A stretch of 62,600 nt of DNA, the filler included, from Squatina squatina (Eukaryota): the NCBI GenBank assembly GCA_031763465.1. It is 4 parts of 3 records of this genome, joined end to end, with 100 filler letters (N's around TTAATTAATTAA, not from the genome) between each part and the next. Parts side by side here need not be neighbours in the genome. Positions count along the whole stretch, not along the records: positions 1 to 15,015 come from JARFOE010000013.1; 3 more parts are not named here. One strand, 5' to 3'. Positions 1 to 11,433 of the stretch are shown in pieces. Positions within the stretch are counted from its first letter, which is position 1. Each line of letters opens with the position of its first letter. The notes under the pieces are model-generated. The model did not search any database, was not told where the DNA came from, and worked only from the letters and a program-made list of their open reading frames with translations. Position numbers and translations under genes: made by a program.

Positions 1-165
1 CTGCTGCACTGCCCATTGTTCACAATTGTTGTACAGCATTTTCATATACTTTGTAGATATAATTAATGAGAATTTTTTGAAAAGTTAGTAATTCAAAATG
101 AAATGTGAAGGCACAAATCTTAGCATTGTACTTTTTAAAAAAAAAGTGAACTTTTTCCATTTCAG

Positions 166-261
166 TGAAAATGAGTTTCCACTGACCCCAGAGATGACAG
201 TACAGAAGCTGAAAGATTTGTCATTTGAAAAGGCTACAGCGTGCCATTACCATGGACTTGA
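166..261 (+). CDS. MTBP: Internal exon of Mdm2-binding protein (MTBP)
   Basis: 96-bp phase 2-2 exon bounded by ttttccatttcAG and GTAAGT. It translates ENEFPLTPEMTVQKLKDLSFEKATACHYHGL, which resembles the recalled MTBP motif FEKASVCHYHGIEY. It lies tail-to-tail with SNTB1, as in mammals. Confidence 0.7.
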
Positions 262-779
262 GTAAGTGTGATGTTCTAAAGATTCACAAATAATCCAGCA
301 AGTGAGATGTAAGATGCATTTTTTTTAATCATGGGTAAAGAATGTTGGCAAATAATTTCTGTCCACGTGTGGATTTCAAAGTAGCTTACTACAACTCCAA
401 GTGGAAAAAACCTCTTGTTTAACAAAACAAAAAGTGTCTAATGCCAGAGAACTTACGTACTCGTACACTTTAGTTTTGTACTTTTGAGTTCTTTGTTTTT
501 TTTGCCTGTTTTTAATCACCCTTTCTACAAGATTATTTGCATTAAAACCTGGTTCTCTTTTGCCACATTGAGATGGCAAGTGACCCACATATTCTTACTC
601 CCAGCAGGGTATCTCCTGTTAATGTGCTCTACGCATTTGCTTGAGGGATATGTAAGAAACTGGCACAGTTGTGGGGGGNNNNNNNNNNNNNNNNNNNNNN
701 NNNNNNNNNNNNNNNNNNNNNNNNNNNNNNNNNNNNNNNNNNNNNNNNNNNNNNNNNNNNNNNNNNNNNNNNNNNNNNC

Positions 780-1268
780 TCAGCTGCAGAGAACAATATC
801 GGTCACCCTAACTATACTGTCCCCTACCACTACTACATTCCTTTTTGCTCCCCCCACTTGAATGGCCCCCTGTGCCATGGCCAGTTTGCTCATCCTCCCT
901 GCAGTCCCTCTCTCGTCCACACAGCTTGCAAAAACCTCGGAACTGTTGGACAAGTGCAGGGGCTGCGGCTCCTCCAATGCTACCTCATGGATCCCCGTAC
1001 CTGCCGTCACAATCTCCTGTCCCTGACCACGGACCAAATCTGAATTATTTAATCTAAGGGGTGTGACCACCTCCTGCAGCGAAGTGTCCAGGTAACTTTC
1101 TCCCTCCCTGATGTGGCACAATGTCTGCAGCTCGGACTCCGGCTCATCAACTCGGAGCTGAAGTTCCTCGAGCTGCAGACACTGACTACAGATGTGCTCG
1201 CCCTGGATCACACCAGTGTCCACCAGCTCCCACATGCTGCAGCAGTAGCACATCACCTGCCCTGCCAT
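780..1268 (-). mobile_element. CR1-clade LINE ORF1 5' part (Cys zinc-finger/leucine zipper, then start of SGNH/GDSL esterase)
   Basis: ORF MAGQVMCYCCSMWE...HICSQCLQLEELQLRVDEPESEL...NVVVVGDSIVR. The GDS block-I esterase motif is typical of CR1 ORF1. Truncated by a gap. Confidence 0.8.
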
Positions 1269-1834
1269 CTCTATTGCACTTATTTAATTGATTTGCTTTT
1301 TTTTAATGTACCTGTGTATATCTACCCCAACTAATTTTTTTTAAGGTTTTGGTGTCCCTCTGATTTTTCCAGGTCATTGATTTGCCCAGCTTTTGATCAG
1401 TGGAGGGCAATGAATCGAGAACTAGCAATAACTAGTTCAAAAGAACATCTGATGTTTGCAAAGTGACGTTTTTTGTTTAATTGGATGTGATGTAAAATTG
1501 TGTGTTTCCTGCAAGCTAAGTTCAAAATGTAATTACTTCAAGTGAACTTGTACATAAGTTAGTTTCCTTTGTGAGTTACACTCTTCCTGTAATGCAACAA
1601 ATGAACACACAACCGAAATAAAGTTTATGATCATCTTTTATTCAGTATTCATTTATATACAATCAATTATCAAGCACATTCTTAAACCCAAGGTGAAAAG
1701 TCACATTTACGACAATTCATTNNNNNNNNNNNNNNNNNNNNNNNNNNNNNNNNNNNNNNNNNNNNNNNNNNNNNNNNNNNNNNNNNNNNNNNNNNNNNNN
1801 NNNNNNNNNNNNNNNNNNNNNGGGGATCCGGCGG

Positions 1835-4800
1835 GTGGGAGTGGGAGTGGAGTGGAGCAGGAGTGGATTCGGAGTGTGGGAGTGGAGTGGAGTGGATTCG
1901 GAGTGTGGGAGTGGAGTGGAGTGGATTCGGAGTCTGGGAGTGGGAGTGCAGTCGTTTCGGAATGTGGAAGTGGAGTGGAAGTGGATTCGGAGTGTGGGAG
2001 TGGGAGAGGAGTGGAGTGGGAGTGGAGTGGATTCGGAGAGTGGGAGTGGAGTGGATTCGGAGTGTGAGAGTGGGAGCGGAGTGGATTGGGAGTGGAGTGG
2101 ATTCGGAGTGTGGGTGAAAGTGGCGTGGATTCAGAGTGGTGGAGTGTGAGTGGAAGTGGATTTGGAGTGTGGGAGCGGGAGTGGTGTGGAATAGAGTGGG
2201 AGTGGATTTGGAGTGTGGGAGTTGGAGTGGAGTGGATTTGGAGTGTGGGAGTGGAGTGGAGTGGGAGTGGAGTGGATTCGGAGCGTGGGAGTGGAAGAGG
2301 AGTGGATTCGGTGTGTGGGAGTGGGAGCAGAGTGGATTCGGAGTGTGGGAGTGGGAGTGGAGTGGAGTGGGAGTGGAGTGTATTCGGAGTGTGGTTGGGA
2401 GTGGAATGGATTTGGAGTGTGGGAGTGGAAGTGGAGTGGATTCGGAGTGTGTGAGTGGGAGAGGAGTGGATTTGGAGTATGGGAGTGGAGTGGAGTGGAT
2501 TCGGATCGTGGGAGTGTAGCAGAGTGGATTCGGAGTGTGGGAGTGAAAGAGGAGTGGATTCGGAGTGTGGGAGTGGAAGAGGAATGGATTCGGAGTGTGG
2601 GAGTGGGAGTGGAGTGGATTTGGAGTGTGGGAGTGGAAGTGGAGTGGATTTGGAGTGTGTGAGTGGGAGAGGAGTGCATTTGGAGTATGGGAGTGGAGTG
2701 GAGTGGATTTGGATTGTGGGAGTGTAGCAGAGTGGATTCGGAGTGTGGGAGTGAAAGAGGAGTGGATTCGGAGAGTGGGAGTGAGAGTGGAGTGGATTCT
2801 GAGTGTGGGATTGGATTCGGAGTGTCGGTTTGGGAATAAAGTGGAGTGGAAGTGGCACTGGAGTGTATTTGGAGTGTGGGAGTGGAGTGGAGTGGATTCA
2901 GAGTGTGGGAGTGGAAGTGGGAGTGGATTTGGAGGATTGGAGTGGGAGTGGAGTGGATTCGGAGTGTGGGAGTGTGTGTGGAATGGGTTCGGAGTGTGAG
3001 AGCGGGAGTGGAGTGGAGTCAGAGTGTGGGAGTGGAGTGGAGTGGGTTCGGAGTGTGGGAGTGGAGTGGAAGTGGAGTCAGAGTGTGGGAGTGGAGTGGA
3101 GTGGAGTCAGAGTGTGGGAGTGGAGTGGTTTCGGAGTGTGGGAGTGGAGTGGAAGTGGATTCGGAGTGTGGGAGTGGGAGTAGAGTGGATTCGGAGTGTG
3201 GGAGTGGGAGTGGAGTGGTATCGGTGGTGTGGCAGCGTGAGTGGATTCCGAGAGTGGGACTGGGAGTGGAGTGGAGTGGGAGTGGATTCGGAGTGTGGGA
3301 GTGGGAGTGGAGTGGATTCGGAGTGTGGGAGTGGGAGTGGAGTGGATTCGGAGTGNNNNNNNNNNNNNNNNNNNNNNNNNNNNNNNNNNNNNNNNNNNNN
3401 NNNNNNNNNNNNNNNNNNNNNNNNNNNNNNNNNNNNNNNNNNNNNNNNNNNNNNNTGGGAGTTGATTTGGAGTGTTGGAGTTGGAGTGGAGTGGATTTCG
3501 AGTGTGAGAGTGGGAGTGGAGTGGATTCGGAGTGTGAGAGTGGGAGTGGTGTAGTGTGGGAGTTGATTTGGAGTGTTGGAGTTGGAGTGGAGTGGATTTC
3601 GAGTGTGAGAGTGGGAGTGGAGTGGATTCGGAGCGTGGGAGTGGGAGTGGAGTGGATTCAGAGTGGTGGAGTGTGAATGGGAGTGGATTTGGAGTGTGGG
3701 AGCGGGGGTGGAGTGGAATAGAGTGGGAGTGGATTTGGAGTGTTGGAGTTGGAGTGGAGTGGATTCGGATCGTGGGAGTGGAAGAGGAGTGGATTCGGTG
3801 TGTGCGAGTGGGAGCAGAGTGGATTCGGAGTGTTGGAGTGGATTCAGAATGTACGAGTGGAGTGGATATGGCGGGTGGGAGTGGGAGTGGAGTGGATTCG
3901 GAGTGTGGGAGTGGGTGTGGAGTGGAGTGGGAGTGGATTTGGAGTGTGGGAGTGGAGTGGAGTGGATTCGGAGTGTGGGAGTGGAGTGGAAGTGAATTCG
4001 GAGTGTGGTAGTGGGATTGGGAGTAGATTTGGAGTGTGGGTGTGGGAGTGGAGTTGTGTGGGAGTGGAGTGGATTCGGAGCGTGGGAGTGGGAGTGGAGT
4101 GGATTCGGAGTGTGGGAGTGGAAGTGGAATGGATTTTGAGTGTGGGAGTGGAAGTGGAGTGCCGAAGTGGGAGTGGAGTGGATTCAGAGTGTGGGAGTGG
4201 GAGTGGAGTGGATTCGGAGTGTGGGAGTAGAGTGGAGTGGATTCAGATTATGGGAGTGGGAGTGGAGTGGATACGGAGTGTGAGAGTGGGAGTGGAGTGG
4301 ACTTGGAGTGTGGGAGTAGATTCTGAGTGTGGGAGTGGATTCGGAGTGTGGGAGTGGAGTGGATTGTAATGGGAGTGGATTTGGAGTGTGGCAGTGGGAA
4401 TGGAGTGGATTCGGAGTGTGGGAGTTTGAGTGGAGTGGGCGTGGAGTGGATTCGGCGTGAGGGAGTGGGGGTGGTGTGGATTTGGAGTGTGGGAGTGGGA
4501 GTGGAGTGGATTTGGAGTGTGGGAGTGGAAGTGAATTGTAGTGGGAGTGGATTCGGAGTGTGGGAGTGGGAATGGAGTGGAGTGGGAGTGGGAGTGGATT
4601 CGGAGTCTGGGAGTGGAGTGGATTGTATTGGGAGTGGATTTGGAGTGTGGCAGTGGGAATGGAGTGGATTCGGAGTGTGGGAGATGGAGTGGAGTGGATT
4701 CGGAGTGAGGGAGTGGGAGTGGAGTGGATTCGGAGTATGGGAGTGGGAGTGGAGTGGATTCAGAGTGGTGGAGTGTGAATGGGAGTGGATTCGGAGTATG

Positions 4801-6235
4801 GGAGTGGGAGTGGAGTGGATTCAGAGTGGTGGAGTGTGAATGGGAGTGGATTTGGAGTGTGGGAGTGGATTCGGAGTGTGGGAGTGGGAGTGGAGTGGAT
4901 TTCGAGTGTGGGAGTGGAAGTGGAGTGGATTCGGAGTGTGGGAGCGGGAGTGGATTCGGAGTGTGGGAGTGGGAGTGGAGTGGATTCGGAGTGTGAGAGT
5001 AGGAGTGGAGTGCATTTGGAGTGTGGGAGTGGAGTGGAGTAGATTTGGAGTGTGGGAGTGGAGGGGAGTGGATTTGGGTTGGTGGAGTGGGAGTGGGAGT
5101 GGATTCGGAGTATGGGAGTGGAGTGGATTGTATTGGGAGTGGATTCGGAGTGTGGGAGTGGGAATGGAGTGGCTTCGGTGTGTGGAAGAGGGAGTGGAAT
5201 GGAGTGGGAGTGGAGTGGATTCGGAGTGAGGGAGTGGGAGTGGAGTGGAAGAGTGGGAGTGGATTTCGAGTGTGGGAGTGGGAGTGGAGTGAATTTGGAT
5301 TGTGGCAGATGGAGTGGAGTGGATTCGGAGCATGGGAGTGGAAGAGGAGTGGATTCGGAGTGTGGGAGTGGGAGTGGAGTGGATTCGGAGTGTGGGAGTG
5401 GGAGTGGAGTGGATTCGGAGTGTGGGAGTGGATTTGGAGTAGGAAGGGAATGGAGTGGATCGGAGTTTGGGAGTGGGAGTGGGAGTGGATTCGGAGGGTG
5501 GGTGTGGGGTGGATTCGGAGTGTGGGTGTGGGAGGGGAGTGGGAGTGGATTCGGAGTGTGGGAGTGGAGTGGATTCGGAGTCTGGGAGTGGGAGTGTAGT
5601 CGTTTTGGCGTGTGGGAGTGGAGTGGAAGTGGATTTGGAGTGTGGGAGTGGGAGTGCCGAAGTGGGAGTGGGGTGGATTCGGAGTGTGGGCGTGGGAGTG
5701 GATTCGGAGTGTGGGAGTGGGAGTGGAGTGGATTCAGAGTGTGGGAGTGGAGTGGAGTGGATTCAGAGTGTGGGAGTGGAGTGGAGTGGATTCGGAGTAT
5801 GGGAGTGGAAGTGGGAGTGGAGTGGATTCAGAGTGTGAGAGTGGGAGTGGAGTGGATTCGGAGTGTGGGAGTGGAGTGGATTGTAATGGGAGTGGAGTCA
5901 GAGTGTGGGATTGGGAATGGAGTGGATTCGGAGTGTGGGAGTTTGACTGGAGTGGGCGTGGAGTGGATTCGGCGTGAGGGAGTGGGGGTGGTGTGGATTT
6001 GGAGTGTGGGAATGGGCGTGGAGTGGATTTGGAGTGTGGGAGTGGAAGTGAATTGTAGTGGCAGTGGATTTGGAGTGTGGGAGTGGGAATGGAGTGGAGT
6101 CGGAGTGTGGGACTGGGGGTGGAGTGGAGTGGGAGTGAGAGTGGATTCGGAGTCTGGAAGTGGAGTGGATTGTATTGGGAGTGGATTTGGAGTGTGGCAG
6201 TGGGAATGGAGTGGATTCGGAGTGTGGGAGATGGA
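1835..6235. repeat. G-rich pentamer-based satellite/minisatellite, (GGAGT)n with recurring GGATTCGGAGTGTGGGAGT units
   Basis: Directly visible degenerate tandem array across two contigs (gap 3356-3455), with internal higher-order duplications (e.g. ~4330-4690 resembles ~5860-6235). Confidence 0.95.
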
Positions 6236-6335
6236 NNNNNNNNNNNNNNNNNNNNNNNNNNNNNNNNNNNNNNNNNNNNNNNNNNNNNNNNNNNNNNNNN
6301 NNNNNNNNNNNNNNNNNNNNNNNNNNNNNNNNNNN

Positions 6336-6578
6336 TGGATGTTGATTGAGGGATAAATATTGGCCAGGACACCGGGGAGAACTCCCCTGCTCTTCTTCAA
6401 AACAGAGTCATGGGATCTTTTACATCCACCTGAGAGAGCAGACAGGGCGTCAATTTAACATCTCATCTGAAAGATGGCACCTCTGCCATGCTGCACTTCC
6501 TCAGTACCGCACTGGAATGTCAGCCTGGATTTTGTGCTTGAACCAACAACCTTCTGACTCAGAGGCACAGCTGACACA
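6336..6578 (-). mobile_element. tRNA-derived DeuSINE (SacSINE1-like)
   Basis: Reverse complement contains the Deu-domain-like run ...CAGGTGGATGTAAAAGATCCCATG...GAAGAAGAGCAGGGGAGTTCTCCCCGGTGTCCTGGCCAATATTTATCCCTCAA; homologous to the copy at 17485. Confidence 0.8.
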
Positions 6579-6766
6579 ATTAATAATTAATATTCACTCA
6601 ACATCTTTGACAAAGCAAGGGTCAAGATTGAGACTGGATTTAAAAAACAACTTAGGTTAATAAAAACTTTCCTCAAATACGGTCTCGTTGCAAATCGTGA
6701 AGAATTAAAGAAACATTGACTCTGATTTGGTCAGATATTGATCGGAAAGAGGAAGTGCCAGTTTAC

Positions 6767-6986
6767 CTTCCAGGAGGACCTCTTTGCCAGCTCTCTTCAA
6801 CACTTGCACTGCCTCATCATGAGTTGCATCCCTCAGGTCCACTGCATTCACAGACAAGATGGCGTCCCCCACATATAGAGCCTCGGTCTGGTCAGCTGCC
6901 AGACCTTTGAAGATCTTCGAGATCAGGATTGGCATCTTGTTCTCTTTGCCTCCCTTAATGCTGATCCCCAGACCCCCGACCTCTTG
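6767..6986 (-). CDS. SNTB1: Beta-1-syntrophin PDZ-domain exon
   Basis: (K)[73 protein letters not shown] followed by a phase-1 donor GTAAAC. GKENKM, ALYVGDA and [10 protein letters not shown] fit SNTB1. Flanked by MTBP and HAS2. Confidence 0.88.
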
Positions 6987-7103
6987 CTTGAAGGAGAAAA
7001 GAAAACGCCATTACCTAGAGGATCAGTAAAGAGCACAGTTGCGTGCTCCTTAACCGCGCAACCCTCAGATTACTGGAATCCCACAGCATCCTGTTCATTT
7101 TGA

Positions 7104-7262
7104 AGCCATGGCTCAGTGGGTAGCACCATGGAGTAAGAACATTGTGTATTCATGTCCCACCCCAGAGATTTGAGCACAAAATCTATGCCTCCACTCCAGT
7201 GTAGTATTGAGGGAGTACGGCACTGTCAGAGGTACCGTTATTCAGATGAGACATTAAACCAA
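7104..7262 (+). mobile_element. DeuSINE 5' part (tRNA head), truncated
   Basis: A-box-like TGGCTCAGTGGG, degenerate B box, then CAGTGTAGTATTGAGGGAGT...CAGATGAGACATTAAACC shared with the 17485 copy. Confidence 0.65.
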
Positions 7263-7293
7263 ATCTACTTTAACTCATTTTTTTAGCTCTTGC

Positions 7294-7600
7294 AACAACA
7301 ACAACTTGCATTTATATAGCGCCTTTAATGTAGTGAAACATCCCAAGGTGCTTCACAGGAGTGTGATGAGACAAAAAATTTGATACCGAGCCACGTAAGG
7401 AGAAACTACGGCAGGTGACCAAAAGCTTGGTCAAAGAGTTTTAAGGAGTTTCTTAAAGGAGGAAAGCGAGGTAGCGACGAGAAGAGGTTTAGGCAGGGAA
7501 TTCCAGAGCTTAGAACCTTGGCAACAGAAGGCACGGCCACCAGTGGTTGAGCACATTTAGGGTTATTCAGGAATGCTCAAGAGGGCAGAATTAGAGGAGC
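7294..7600 (-). mobile_element. L2-clade LINE 3' end
   Basis: Minus strand ends AAAGGCGCTATATAAATGCAAG(TTG)n; upstream it encodes an LWNSLPKPL...LSSFKKLLK-type RT C-terminus. Confidence 0.7.
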
Positions 7601-7700
7601 NNNNNNNNNNNNNNNNNNNNNNNNNNNNNNNNNNNNNNNNNNNNNNNNNNNNNNNNNNNNNNNNNNNNNNNNNNNNNNNNNNNNNNNNNNNNNNNNNNNN

Positions 7701-7897
7701 TGGTAGAGATCGCGGGTTTGGGAGGTGCTATTGTACAAGCATTGGTGAGCGCTGCAGTGCATCTTGTAGATGGTACACACTGCAGCCACGGTACGCTGGT
7801 GGTGGAGTCAGTGAATGTTTAAGGTGGTGGATGGGGTACCAATCAAATGGATCACTTTGTCCTGGATGGTGTCGAGCATCTTGAGTATTGTTGGGAA
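7701..7897 (-). mobile_element. LINE (CR1/L2-group) ORF2 C-terminal fragment
   Basis: Minus strand encodes LKMLDTIQDKVIHLIGTPSTTLNIH.LHHQRTVAAVCTIYKMHCS, a degraded RT C-terminus. Confidence 0.65.
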
Positions 7898-7973
7898 CCA
7901 AATGTTGTCAGCTTCCGATTTGGTGGGCAGCACACTTCTGGGGGGAGATTACAACCAGAAATTCATCCCCCAT

Positions 7974-8295
7974 CAACAACAACAACAAACTTGTATTTAT
8001 ATAGCGCTTGAACATACTAAAACGTCCCAAGCATCTTCACGGGAGTGATTTCAAACCAAAATGTGACACTGAGCCACATAAGGATCAAAAGCCTTGTCAA
8101 AGAGGTTTTAAGGAGCATCTTAAAGGAGGAGAGAGGTGGAGAGGCAGAGAGGTTTAAGGAGAGAATTCCAGAGCTTTGGGCTTCGTCAGCTGAAGACACG
8201 GCCACCAGTGGTGGAACGGAGGTAGTCGGGGTTGTGCAAGAGGGCAGAATTGGAGAAGCGCAGAGATCTTGGGGAGTTGTAGGGCTGGTGGAGGT
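7974..8295 (-). mobile_element. L2-clade LINE 3' end
   Basis: Homologous to 7294-7600; (CAA)n tail and PLSSFKMLLKTSL. Confidence 0.7.
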
Positions 8296-9559
8296 TACCT
8301 TTCAAAATTGGGTGAAACAATGTTGAATTTCTCCCCAATGAGTTACAAAATCCATAGAGCTGGGGAAGAGAATGCTGAATCTGAATTTATGAAAGTAATG
8401 TGCAATTGAAAAATCACTAAAAGGTTTCAACGACACTATTGCGAGAATTTCAGGGCTGATTCATTTATGAAACATTTATTGCAGATGTGCTTTTAATTAT
8501 TGAGAGTTTTAGACAGAATGAATTTATACTGCAACAATGGGTTACATGTGTACCACTAAAATATATTCCACATTAACTCCGGTCCTCTATGAAAGGGACT
8601 GTGTTGAGGAGAGAAGTTAGTGAATGTGCATGAGATCAGACACAGCTGCACGTTACAGATCTCATGCCTTGCAGTGCAAAGGGCAGCTTCTGTTATGAGA
8701 CAAGGTCACATCCGCAGACCTCCTCAAACCAGATGGGACATGAAAGGCCTTTCTGTTTGACCTGGTAATTGTACGCACTTTCAAACCACACGCGTGCTGT
8801 GGTTCCAACAGTTTACTTCTGACTTGACCCTATCGCTAGGAATACCGATTACTCCCGTCCAGTTTATCTCTTAAAAGCCGAGTATCAACTGGATAAATCA
8901 CTTGTGAGCGGTGAACCACCTCAGGACTAAGAGTCGGTGGTTTATTTTCCAGTGAACCGAGGATCATTGCCATTTAGCCTCTATTTATATGACAAGGGAG
9001 CCGTGATTTAGTTCCCTGATTTGTTGCTCTGGCAATGTTATTTTAATAGTTCCAACTGAACCCCCTCCCCTGCTCATCAGACTGCTGAAACCATCTTTCC
9101 TTACATGTTACTCCATACGCTGGGGACGACTTTACTATCGTCGGGCAGAGTGATCACACGGCTTGCTTGATCAGGCTTGACCTAGGGACATTGAAATAGG
9201 AGGAGGCTATTCAGCCGCTTCAGCTTTTTCCACCATTCATTCATATCATGGTTGTTCTGTGAATAGGGAGAGCCTTCACGCTAGAATGCCAATGATCAGC
9301 TCTAAACAACTAATCAACCCCATCAAACAATGAAATAGTGGATTTATATCTTTCACATTCTTAACAATATGAACAGGGAAAAACATCACAATCCATGAAG
9401 AATGACCACACAGCTACCTTGATACCCTTCGTGATTAAATGTAACCTGCCTGGTGTAGCACTAATCATACAGATTGGAAGGCTGTGCTGAGTTATCTGAG
9501 CCAAGGCATCAATCATTTGGCACATTAAAATTTAATCTCCATGTCCTCTAGGGTTAGTC

Positions 9560-9888
9560 AGGAACACAGGAACAGGAGGAGGCCATTCAGCTCCTCAGCT
9601 CCTGTCCCACCATTCAATTGGGTCATGGCTGATCTGTATCTCAACTCCATTTACCTGCCTTGCTCCATAACCCTTAATACCCTTGCCTCACAAATCTCAG
9701 TTTTGACATTTTCAATTGATCCCCAGCCTCAACTGCTTTTTTTTGGGGGTGGGGGGAGAGTTCCAGATTTCCACTACATTTTGTGTGAAGAAGTGTTCCT
9801 GACACCACCCCTGAACAATCTAGCTCTCATTTTAAGGTTCCGCCCCCTTGTGCTGGACTCTCCCCACCCAGAGGAAATTGTTTCTCTT
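9560..9888 (-). mobile_element. CR1 (HER1-like) LINE 3' end
   Basis: Reverse complement resembles the CR1 tails at 37800-38102 and 62265-62600 (ATCAGCCATGA...GAATGGCCTCCTCCTGTTCCT). Confidence 0.75.
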
Positions 9889-10226
9889 GGAGACATGCAG
9901 CCACCATGGATGGGTGTCCATTGCCAAATCTGGGGAAATTTTGAATGGGATTAAAGTGTTCATGCGACGCGTGAGCTTCATCAACGAGACAAACATTCTC
10001 AACACATGTCAGCTCAGTGCAGTTGGTAGGACCTTTCCCTCAGATTGAATGCTCGTCAATGAACAGGTCAGCTGCTGACGCTTCCATGTCACTCCACCAT
10101 CTACAAGGCGCAAGTCAGACGTGTGTNNNNNNNNNNNNNNNNNNNNNNNNNNNNNNNNNNNNNNNNNNNNNNNNNNNNNNNNNNNNNNNNNNNNNNNNNN
10201 NNNNNNNNNNNNNNNNNNNNNNNNNN

Positions 10227-10558
10227 ATGTAGGAAATGCAGCAGCTAATTTGCACACAGCAAGCTCCCACAAACAATAATGAAATAATGGCCAGATAATC
10301 TGTTTCTGCGGTGTTGGTTGAGGGATAAACATTGGCTGGGACACTGGGAGAAATCCCAATGTCTTCTTTGAATAGTGTCATGGGATCTTTTATGTGCACC
10401 TGAGACAGCAGATGGGTTTAACGTCTCATCTGAAAGATGGCACCTTTAACGGTGTTGCACTGAAGTGCCAGCCTAGATTTTTGTCCCTGGAATGGGCCTT
10501 GAACCCACAACCTTCTGACTCAGGAGAGAGTGCTACCACTGGGCCACGACTGACACCT
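10227..10558 (-). mobile_element. DeuSINE, near full length
   Basis: Minus-strand tRNA head (GTGGCCCAGTGGTAGCAC...GGTTCAAGGCCC) plus Deu domain. Confidence 0.8.
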
Positions 10559-10772
10559 CAATGACCCAACTCAACGCCATAAAACCAAAATGGTAAGGTA
10601 CCAAGTGCTTCTAACTCAACCTTCTTGGAGCTGCTGTCTGCAAAATATCTATGCTGGTCAATTATTTATGACCATATCAGAATCAATGCATTCATCCTGC
10701 TTCTGCAAATATCAGCATAAATATACAAACGCCACCAACAGTTCAAATAGAGAATTTAGGAGAAATTTCTTT

Positions 10773-11433
10773 AACAACTTACATTTATATAGAGCCTTTA
10801 ACGTAGTAAAAATTCCTAAGGCGCTTCACAGGAGCATAATTAGACTAAAACTGAGCCAGAGAAAGTGACAATGATCTGGAAATTGCGGTCAGAGGCTTGC
10901 CGCCCACGTACGCCTCCAAACTGCAAGAAAGTTACGTACTTACCTTGTGTCTCCAGAGCTTCAGCCTCTTGGGGTACTAGACCTGCAGGCACACACCTGC
11001 TTAAAGGCCCATACATCTCAGGGACGCATGCAGTTCGCAAGAGTGCCTGAGATCACTTGGGCCAGCCCAACCAGTGACAAGGGGGATTCCTATTATGCTT
11101 ATGGATGAGTACGATCCGTCAAGGAGATACTTGACAGATTGCAGGTTCTGGGTTTTCTTGCATGTGCATCGCATGTGGAAACCTGGAACATGCGGGGCAC
11201 TTACGATGGCGTAGGCTGCGCATATGCCATCATAGGCCCTGTAAAATCAGGGCCAATAGGATAGGTGACCAAAAGTTTGGTCAAAGAGATAGGTTTTAAA
11301 GAGCAAGATAAAGGAGAGAGGGGTGGTGAGCAGAGTAATTTGGAGAGGGAATTCCAGATCTTAGGGACCAGACAGCTGAAGGCACAGCTGGGGTGAAGGA
11401 AATGAGGGATTGACAAGAAGCCAGAATTGGAAG
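10773..11433 (-). mobile_element. L2 LINE 3' end split by a MITE insertion
   Basis: 10773-10872 and 11255-11433 join to reproduce the uninterrupted L2 tail seen at 7294-7600. Confidence 0.7.
10873..11254. mobile_element. Harbinger-type non-autonomous element (MITE) with 3-bp TSD
   Basis: Flanked by AAT (10870-10872) and AAT (11255-11257); imperfect inverted ends GATCTGGAAATT... and ...AAAATCAGGGCC. Confidence 0.6.

Noticed and set aside
1835-6235. CRISPR-like or telomeric array
   Set aside because: No unique spacers or cas genes, eukaryotic context, and not TTAGGG.
1707-6400. Many long ORFs rich in W/E/S/G/V or H/S/T/P
   Set aside because: Translations of the stop-poor (GGAGT)n satellite; open in several frames at once, with no coding signature.
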